A stretch of 64,000 bases of DNA, taken from Kudoa neothunni (Eukaryota; Animalia; Cnidaria). Shown piece by piece: positions 54,549 to 64,000 of the stretch. Below the pieces are notes generated by a model. That model was given only the letters and a program-made list of their open reading frames with translations. It did no database searches and was not told the DNA's origin. The translations under genes were made by a program, and so were the position numbers. Each line of letters opens with the position of its first letter. The first letter of the stretch is position 1. The DNA is taken from positions 14,448,261-14,512,260 of the forward strand of contig OZ199838.1 in NCBI GenBank assembly GCA_964304625.1, in the 5' to 3' direction.

Positions 54549-55683
54549 TTTGAATGAATTATAACGATTACTAATCTGTTATTATGTAAACCGGTATATT
54601 TGTTCATATTAAACACATTCAATCAACTGGATAAGTTAATCCGAATGTTTACGGTTGTTTTATGTTAATTCATAATATTTTCATATCAAGTAATATTTAT
54701 ATCGCAAAATATTACACTTTCTCCAACTCGTACGTTTCAGGATCTGAGAATCTTCAGGTAAATTCAAATTCTTTTAATAATTAAGTCTGTTAGGGATTTT
54801 AAAAAATTATTGTCAATTAAACCTTTTTGTGTAATAAATGTCATATTAAATTATTCAATTGTATTTATTTTATTATTGATCAAATAAGTTCCAAAATAGC
54901 CTTAATTACTAAAATTATTTTTGTAGTTTTGCGAATTGTAAAAATATTTTGTATTTTGTCGTTTATTTTTAGATAATGAAATACTTAACTTAAATTGTTG
55001 GAAATAATCTATCTTCTCCTTATAGAGAGACTTTATTTAGTATTTGAGATCGTTTTTGTACTTTAAAAATGAAAAATTAACTAAAAAAATATAACGGGAT
55101 TGTCTGCTTTCTTATAAAAGGTGATTTGTAGTGTAAACTTATAGTAAACAGATTAGAGCGGATGATAATGAGATTACCACTGCACATGGTTTGCTAATGG
55201 GTTCAGTGATATGCGTAACAAATCTAATTTTCGGTATGTAAATTCTACTGAAACTTTGAAAGTTAACTATTTTTATACTTTTGAAGTACTTAAGACAATC
55301 TACAACATTCGTTCGTGCTTAGGCAAGGACTCAGGGTAAACGAAGTTTTGTTGTTTAAAGGGGAGCATAATACGCGTGAATAAATTATTTCCTTTTCACG
55401 TTTAATTAAAGATAAAAAATTTTAAATATTTCTTAAATAAACGTAAAATGATGTTAGCACGTTATAATTGAATGCAATATTGCCAACAAACTTTTAGATT
55501 AGTTAATTCATCGACGGGTTAGTTAAAGTGATTAATACGCCAAATGAGTTGTAAGAACTTATGATTTCTAAATGAAAATAAAATCCAATAAAGAAGAAAA
55601 TGAAGGTTATCCGATTAATGTTGTTCATCTCGAATAACACTGTCGTCAAAAGAACGATTAAATAAGTATAATTGACTTTGAAT

Positions 55684-56193
55684 TTAACCCTTTCGACCCG
55701 AATAATGCCATATAGCATCATCGGATTGATATCGGAATATCTCTTCCATGTTTCTATGTATAATTTAAATCTACCGTTAAATAAAATTATAAATATGCTT
55801 TATTAAATGAATTTAAAAATTAGAATTATCAGTTGTTTATTTATTTTGTAATAAATAAACAGCATGCGTGAACGGCGTTAACAGATAATGAATTATTGTA
55901 TCGATATTTACGGAAATAACGATTATGTATTTTATATTTCAGAAAAATATAATCATTTATTATTAAGAAAATAATGTTTAAAAATTGGATCGAAATTTAA
56001 AAATAATGATGTATAGCGGGCTCGGGAGCTGAAACAATGAACGATGCCACATGGCATCATGTAGTTATTTAATTATATATAATATTTCGTAAATCAAAGA
56101 TAATGTATTCCATTTTAATTTTATATCTATAAATGAAAACAATGGAAAAATATTTATTCTCAATTTTTATTTTGTTGAGGTCGAAAGCGTTAA
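55684..56193. mobile_element. piggyBac-type MITE
   Basis: TTAA-CCCTTTCGACC ... GGTCGAAAGCG-TTAA, with internal repeats atgccatatagcatc / gatgccacatggcat. Confidence 0.82.
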
Positions 56194-56780
56194 GAATTTA
56201 TATTCACGATTACTTTTACACAAAATACAGTTCCATCTCAATACATGCCATATAAGTTAATAAGAAATTATTGTTCTACTCGATCTAATCGATATTTTCA
56301 CGAAGTTTTTGTTAATGTAAGACAGATCAAATACAAAGAAGTTCTTTAGAACAATCAAAATGGTGCACTGCTTTCTAGAAAACCAGTTGATATATAGCAT
56401 TGTTGTAATTTTTCAAACCAAAAACCACCTTTACATTTTAGATTTAATCGTATTTTGTTAATTAAATTTGTATATTTTTGACGCAGTATGTATTTTAAAA
56501 AAAAAATGGTTGCATTTACATACAAATCAGTAAATTATGTTAAAAATAATGAATACGTACGTTACCGCACCACAACTTATTAAAACCTGCATTAACATCC
56601 TTTATAAAAATGCTAAAAAAAGGAGGAACAACTAACATTTTTATTTCTGACGCATCTTAGGTTGATTTTTTTTCTTATCGTTTGTAGACTAATAATAAAT
56701 TTTATAACTAGGAGGATTAATGTATATCGCTAAATTTGAAAAGAACTGAAAGTCCTAGTCAAGTCACTTAATGATTTTGG

Positions 56781-59700
56781 TTAACCCTTTGTGGCACGCA
56801 TGGGGTCCAATGGATTACGCGTTATATTTTTAGCGCGATAGCTCGTATTCTACAATAACTGGTGCCTATATATCACACTTATTCACATATTTTTGTCAAT
56901 TCTATAATTTATTATAATCCGATGAGCCAAAACAGATTTTGCAACTTCCATAGCGATGTATCTGATTCGAAAGTACCAGATTCATATAGATAAGACTTCG
57001 ACTGTACCACGTTTTTGATGATGAATGCGAGAAAAATAATTTTGAATTTAAGTTATATACAGTCGAGATTGGATATTGCGTAATTTAAGATTTTCGATAT
57101 GAAGATATTTACATTGGGACTTAATTTTAGAGTTATATCATTACTTTATTTATTAAGTTAATAATATAGAATAAAAATAAAAAAATATTTTTTCGATCTG
57201 CCTCTGATTTAGTATTGCGTAAAACCTTTTTATTGCGTAACGTAAATTACCAACGTGACTCGATATTGCGTGATTTCATCTTCGATATGTCCATGGAGCA
57301 GCGTGAAATTTCTGAGAAAATTAGATTAATACAATATTACAATTCAATAAAATCAATAAAGAGCGCAAGAAAATGACAGTTGAAATGTTTAAACGTAGTG
57401 CTATGATTATTTTTGATCGATAACAATTTATTTCTTAAAGGACATTCAGCGTTTGACCAGAATTCTTTCTCATGAAACCAAGCTGAGAAATTCAGATGTT
57501 GCAGGAAATAGGAAGAGGCATTCAAATGGAAGATTTATCAATATAGACGAAGAAGTTTATGAATGGTTTATCAAAAAACGCACCAATGGTCACATTATTT
57601 CTGGTGACGTAATACTTGAAATGGCCACCATAATTGCCAGAAAGAATGAAGTTAAAAATTTTAAAGCAAGCAGGAGTTGGCTAGTGGGGTTTAAAAAAAG
57701 GTTTGGAATCATTTTCAAGAATTTTCATGGTGAAGCTGCGAGCGCTAACGTCGCGTCTATTGATTCGTGGATCTATGAAAAATAAAAATTTGATAAGCAT
57801 ATATAGCCCAAAAAATATAATCAATATTGACAAAACTGGTTTGTTTTATGAGCAATTACAGAACAGTAGTTATTTATTCAAAGAAGAAAATGACATTAAA
57901 GGTAAAAAGCTATCGAAAAAAAGAATAACGATTTTGGGTATCGTGCTTTTTAAGCGGAGAAAAGTTGCCCTTAGTCGTAATTGGGAAATACCAAAATCCC
58001 AGGTGATTCAAGGGGGTAAAAAATTTACCTTATGAGTATTATGCCCAAAAAAATCTGGATGACCTCTGCTATTTTTCTCCAGATAATGAAAAATTAAATT
58101 TTAAAATGGAGTCAGAACAACGAAAAATACTACAAGTGTTTTACAGCCACTCGATCTCGGAGTGATCATATTGTCTTAAAAGTAGATATAAAAAAATATT
58201 GTGTAGCCATATGACATTATGTGATGATTCGTTAAATAATAAATTTACATTACTTAATGCAATTTTGACACTCCAAGAAGCATGGAACATTATTCCACCT
58301 GATATTATTGTCAACTGTTTTAAAAAGTCGGGCATATTTAGCGAAGTAAAAGCTAATGCGAACTTCAAAAATTAATCATTATCATAGGAGATACAGAGAC
58401 GGAAACAAATGATAAAATTTTCGAAGATGAACAGAGTATAAATATACAATAAAATTTTAACATTTTTATAGTCGAGGAGGAAACATGGGAGAGCAGCTTT
58501 GATGATGATAACTTACCTACTTGTGAAGATGATAACGGCGATGTCTTAATATCAACAGTGAATCCAATCAGAATGAAATCGAATCTGATGAGGAAGAACC
58601 AAAAGTTCTAATAAAAGATATAAAGCATGCCGTAAGTACATTAAGGAAGGTGTTTATTCAGGAAGATCCATCTGGACTCATCGATCCTTATCCGATAATG
58701 GATCGAATTTTAAAAAATATCATCTCAAAGATGGCACCAAACTAAAATTACTTCATTTTTTCATAAAAATTAATAATTTTGTCTGGTGAGTTAAATAAAA
58801 TTCCTTATATTTATTTTATTTCACTAGCAATGATTTAAAGTAAGATAAACGCACAAAACAATTTTAAATCGGAATATTTTTACAAGTGCGCATGTGCATG
58901 ATTCGATATTGCGTAAAACCTTTTTATTGCGTACTTTTTCCTTGGTCCCGAAAATTACGCAATATCGAATCTCGACTGTATTACTAAGTTTGATTGGTGC
59001 CAAAGTCTGTGGGGCTGTTTCAAAGAATAGAAAGTATGATATGATTATGGAGAAACGTCAAATAAAAATCCCTGATGATGTATACAGGAAGTCTCAAATT
59101 TGAAGTCTATTCATTACTGATGAAATACTACATCGAATATTGATTATTTACAAATAATCATCCGGAGAATATACATTCAAATTTCACATGATTACTGGAT
59201 TGCGTTGAATTCGATTGTGCTAATTGAAGGCATTTATTGGTTTACATCATTTTTAGGTATAAAAAAACGAATCTAACAGATATGCAGGAACCTTGGGGCC
59301 GATGATGATTTTGGTTTCGTTATTTGCAGAAGGCATTCTGCAGTAACAGATTTAAATTTTTAAAAAGATGCCTACGCTATAACGACGATTCTACTGAATC
59401 AGTGATACTCAAATCAAGATAGATTTTCAAAAATAAAAGATATTTTCAATTATATCAACTCCAAATTTATGACATATTACAGCCCCACAGAGTGTCTCAC
59501 TATTGATGAAATGCTGAGGCCGTTTAGAGGACGATGTATTTTCAAACAATACATTCCATCAAAGCCTTCCAAATATGGCATCAAGATATATAATTTATGT
59601 GACACTAAAACATATTATACACTAAATCTTGAAGTATGTTTTGGAGCTCAATGTGGTATTGTCTATAAAGTTGATAATTCTCCACAGTGTTTAATAATGC

Positions 59701-60250
59701 GTCTTGTAAAACCAGTGTTACAATCTGGGAGAAATATTACATTTGACAATTGGTTAATTTCTCTCCCACTATTTGAAAAATTACTAAACAATGGCTTGAC
59801 TGCGGTTGGAACTATAAGGAAGAATAAAAAAGAATCCCCTCCACTCATTTACCTTCAAAAACACGAGAGAAATTTACATCAAAATTTTCATTTACAAAAA
59901 ATCTTACATTATTAATCCAATGGACTTAAAAAGAATAAATCCGTCCTTATTCTAATTTTATTTCGTCACAAGTCTATTATCGATACAAAACATCCAAAAA
60001 AGCTTCCTGAGATGATTAATTTTTACGACTCCACTAAAGGATGAGTTGACAAGATGGATCAAATGTGTGCCAGTTATTCCAGTCATAGGAAAACTAAAAG
60101 ATGGCCAGCTGTTATTTTTCACACTTTATTAGATGTAACTTCTATTAATTTATACATTATATATGGTATCAAAAATAATGTAAAAGTGCGAAGGAAAGGT
60201 TACATCAAATTTAGGATCAAGTAGTATTAACAAAAAGATAACAGAGTTAA
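56781..60250 (+). mobile_element. Degraded piggyBac element split by a Tigger insertion and truncated at the 3' end
   Basis: TTAA-CCCTTTG left end. Transposase LTIDEMLRPFRGRCIFKQYIPSKPSKYGIK..GRNITFDNW (59469-59915) and FYDSTKG*VDKMDQMC..KRWP (about 60020-60110). Confidence 0.88.
57060..58978 (+). mobile_element. Tigger/pogo transposon (second family), inactivated
   Basis: TA-flanked TIRs CAGTCGAGATTGGATATTGCGTAATTT / AAATTACGCAATATCGAATCTCGACTG. Coding remnants FKASRSWLVGFKKRFGI, NIINIDKTGLFY and LQPLDLGVI. Confidence 0.93.
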
Positions 60251-60259
60251 AATTTTTGA

Positions 60260-61810
60260 CAATGGCTATACTCATGGATCCATTTAATCCTCCCTCGGGA
60301 CTGGCCATTCTCATGAAACCGAATAACTCCTCCGTTATAGACAATATTTAAAATCTGATTTCGTATTTAAATTTAACAATTTTTAACCTAATATTCTATT
60401 AAAAAATTATTAAAATGTTTAGAGAATAAAAACTCGACATTTTACCTTCCCCATTTACACTATTCGCCAGTAGTAAACTCCCATTTTTTGAACCTAATAT
60501 TGTGTAATATAAACATTTTAATTGAAATAGAAAGTGAAAACATTTACTAATAAACAGAAACTATGCTGTTCCTGTATTCTTGTGTCAACCATCATGTCAG
60601 AATATGCGCGTGAATCCTATTTGATTGTGGGGCGTTCTATTTCGCAAGATTATTTCTAAGGTTTAAACGATTTTGAAATAACTGAAATCTGTAGAACAAG
60701 TTTATATATTATATTCAGTTGGAGAAGAGAAATTTAAGCTTCCGTAAGATATAAAATATCAATTGCATGGAATAAGTCTGAAAAGTGTTGTCATTATTGC
60801 TTCCTATGAACCACTTTTAAATTGATTTGCTCAAACCTATACCTTTTATTAAAAAATATTATTATACTGTTAAAATTTCACATTTCTCAATATCAAGAAG
60901 AAAATGTTTGCAATATTAAAATGAAATTTTTCAGAACAATCCAAGCTTCTCAAGGAGGAATTAACCGTTTTCTTAACTCCAACATTGTTTATTATAATAC
61001 TTACTACATTTCTTCGTTTGCTCGCTTTACAAAAGCCAATTAATCGTACCCCAAAAATCATCATTTAACAATCTTCATTTTATAGAGGTACCCACTGTAC
61101 ATTACCAGAGGAATTAATGCAGAAAATTTAGAATTACCCTGGCTGTTAAAAATTGATAAATAAGTTTAAATTAAGCAGTATAGACATACTCTTAAATTTA
61201 AACACATAGATTCTGTATTCACGAATAGGCATCATGAAAACCTTTCTCATACTTCTGATTAAAGTAAACACATTCGTAGGGAGAAAACAACGAAAATTCC
61301 CCGAAATTATGGTCCAATCTTATAGATACCTATGAAAAGTGGTTTACACCGATGTAAAATAGTTTGAATCCAATTAATCTTCATTGATTAACGACAATTT
61401 TGTTAAATTTATATTAAAAAATTTTATGATAGGAATATACATGTTTTGTAAATAATTGGAGATGACTTATTCTAAGTTGAACTACATGCGTTGAGATGTA
61501 TTAAACTAAGGGTTACTAACCACCATTAGATATGTTTACATTTCATTTCAACTAAAATGTTCATATTACACAATATTAGACTCAAAAATGTGAGTGTACT
61601 TATTGAACAATGTAAATAGGGCAGACAAAATGTCGAATTTTTATTCTTTAAATTTTCGAATAATTTTTGCATAGAAAATTAGGTTAAAAATTGTTAAATT
61701 CAAATACGAAATCAGATTTGAAATATAGTCTATAACGAAGAAGTTATTCGTTTCCATGAAAATAGCCAGTACCGAGAGGGGATTAAACGGATCCATGAGA
61801 ATAACCACTG
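60260..61810. mobile_element. Non-autonomous element with ~250 bp terminal inverted repeats, superfamily unresolved
   Basis: 60260-60510 is the imperfect reverse complement of 61565-61810 (caatggctatactcatggatcc / ggatccatgagaataaccactg). No clear TSD or transposase. Confidence 0.8.
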
Positions 61811-61834
61811 TCTTTCTATAAACCTCCCCCCGGG

Positions 61835-64000
61835 TGTCACGTGATTATGTTTCTCTCGAAAGGCCCCATGCTAAAAGAATTTATTCTAAATACAATTTAT
61901 TTGACTCTCCTTGTCTTTGTAATAATCAATTATTTAGAACTTTGATATGAGGAAGGAAAATATATCCCCAAAACTTTGATTGTAAACAAGGTTTCACTAT
62001 ATTTCTTAACTTAAAACATTTACTCATCTAATAAATTCATGCTGTAAAGCACTAAACACACGATAAAAAATTTTATTTCTTATCTTATTGAATTATCTAG
62101 GAGCTCTTGTAGTGCCATATTTGCTGAATTTTTTCTGTGGATATTTCAAAAAATTAAAACCTTATTTTCTCTTTATAAAAGTTATTTTCTAACATATTAA
62201 TTATTTTGGTTAAGTATAAATATATTTCGGAATTAAAAAGCTACCGACACGTAAATCCATCACATAAATTAATTTTATTATTATATTGAATTCATTGTTT
62301 CACACTTTATAATAAAACTTATTGTAAGTTCAAGAACTGAAAAATTCACCAACACTTTTCAAGGTGACATTAAACCAGACGAAAATCTTCATATTATTTG
62401 AATTTCAATAATTTTTATAATGGCAAATTTTATTTTGGGATTTAAATTAAATACAAATAGTTATTCGAAAAATCAATATCTATAAATTTAAGGTTAAAAT
62501 CGTTAAACCGCACTAGCTCAATAAAATATACTGAATATAAAATGAGAGAATAATAATCGGTAAATATTGGAGTCTAAAACGAGCTTTCTTGTTGAGTTTA
62601 ATCAACCTAATTTCTTTTTCGGAATGCAATAAATGCACCTATTCCTCCAATCACAACAATTATTGCCACAACCGCTATGATGATTCTAAAATTTAATATT
62701 TAAATGACCATAATTCCTACATAGTACATAGTGTTTTTGCTTGACCTAGAAAATAATATAATAAGTTTTCTGACTATTATAATATTTACGTTGATCTACT
62801 TCCCGCTTCTCCTACATTTTAAATCAATATAGCTGATCGATAGGAGAATTTTTACCTTTCTTAATTTCTTCGGCTCCAAATACTGTTGCATCTTCACTGT
62901 GATAAATCGTCAAGTGATAATCATTTAAATCCTCCACATTTTCGATGGTGAAACTTTCACAATTTGGCAGTGAGTTGCAATCACCGACTGAATTTCCAGT
63001 ACATTTTTTGACCGTTGGTCTTGCAGGATCATTTGAATTTACCAATCTCCACTTACATTTGGATCCTTTGGATTTACCCTCGGGAAGGGTGCTGGTGACT
63101 TTTAGTGTTGTACCCTCACGATTAATGACAACAGTTATTTTTTTCGATGGTTCAGTTGGGGTCACCGGTAATGGTTCTAAATAAATTTTAATATTTTTAT
63201 TATCATGAGAAAATATTATTATTGATTATATCAATAGATAAAAATAATTTCTGTTAACAACTGATAAAGTTTACTTGGTTCTATCGTAATTACTGACTCT
63301 TTTGATCTACCAACAGCTGTAACCAATATTTTATATTCCTTGTTTGCATAAAAACCATCACTGAATACGATATTTTCACATAATGGCACTTCAGTACAAT
63401 ATTCAGCAGGTGCTGGATTTGCGAGTGGTTGCTGTTTGTCTGTACCTGTTCTAGCAATAATAATTCCGTCATTTTCACCTAACATTCCTGACAATGCCGA
63501 TTTGGGTGCATTAACCGGGCAAGAAAAAACAGTCTCCCATTGACCTCCCTTTTTCTCTTTAATCTGATAATGACATTGCGCTTCAGCGTACGGTGTTGAC
63601 AATGTGCCTTTGATTCTGTAACCCTTGTCTAATGGTTCTTTAGCAAGCGCAAGATTAGAAAATACTATTTTAAATATTACTGAAAACATTCATATAATAA
63701 CCATATTTACTCGTTTTAAGATTGGAAAATGTAGTAGAACCATACTCGGAATATGCTACAACCTTAACGTCGTACGCTGTATTAGGCTCAAGGTCAACAA
63801 CAGTTTTGGAATCTTTGCACAAGCCTCTGCAGGGTACGCTATCCAAACATGCAGCTTCTACAAACAGATTTTTCCCTGTAGCACTAACATAGAAGTCACA
63901 TACAGGCTCGGTTGATTCATTTCCAGGACTTCCATCTATTGCCTTTATTATGATAGACGTATCCCTCAGAGTTGGCTGGGCCGAATTAAATAATTTTTCC
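61835..64000. repeat. Segmental direct duplication, unit 2 (runs off the window)
   Basis: Colinear with 50869-53024. Confidence 0.95.
62607..64000 (-). CDS. Cys-rich FN3-like type I membrane protein, copy 2 (3' part; 5' end beyond the window)
   Basis: Same exons as copy 1 with intact splice sites, TM helix and stop. Three visible amino-acid changes (T>R, I>G, R>K). Confidence 0.8.

Noticed and set aside
1-64000. CRISPR arrays, prokaryotic operons, rRNA, intact tRNA and hammerhead ribozymes
   Set aside because: The DNA is intron-rich and eukaryotic, with no regularly spaced repeats or rRNA-like tracts. The CTGATGA words I noticed lie inside transposase remnants without hammerhead stems.

Overview
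AT-rich eukaryotic (animal-type) genomic DNA with many very short GT-AG introns (about 28-60 bp) and highly divergent proteins. This is the style of a reduced parasitic metazoan such as a myxozoan, though the taxon is inference only. Host genes rebuilt by hand-splicing: F-actin capping protein alpha (5' end outside the window), a UBE2G2/Ubc7-type E2, a head-to-head pair of small genes, a four-domain Cav1/Cav2-derived channel alpha subunit, an MBOAT7-like acyltransferase, and two tandem near-identical copies of a Cys-rich FN3-like type I membrane protein. Most intergenic and long-intron space is decayed DNA transposons: piggyBac elements and TTAA-flanked MITEs, Tigger/pogo, Merlin/ISXO2 and hAT, often nested. 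The main observation is the channel gene. It keeps Cav helices and exon layout, but its S4 sensors have lost almost all gating charges and none of the four pore loops has the canonical selectivity glutamate. Several genes have single indels in homopolymers or microsatellites that look like long-read consensus errors. Exon coordinates are manual and approximate, and protein identifications rest on recalled reference motifs, not database searches.
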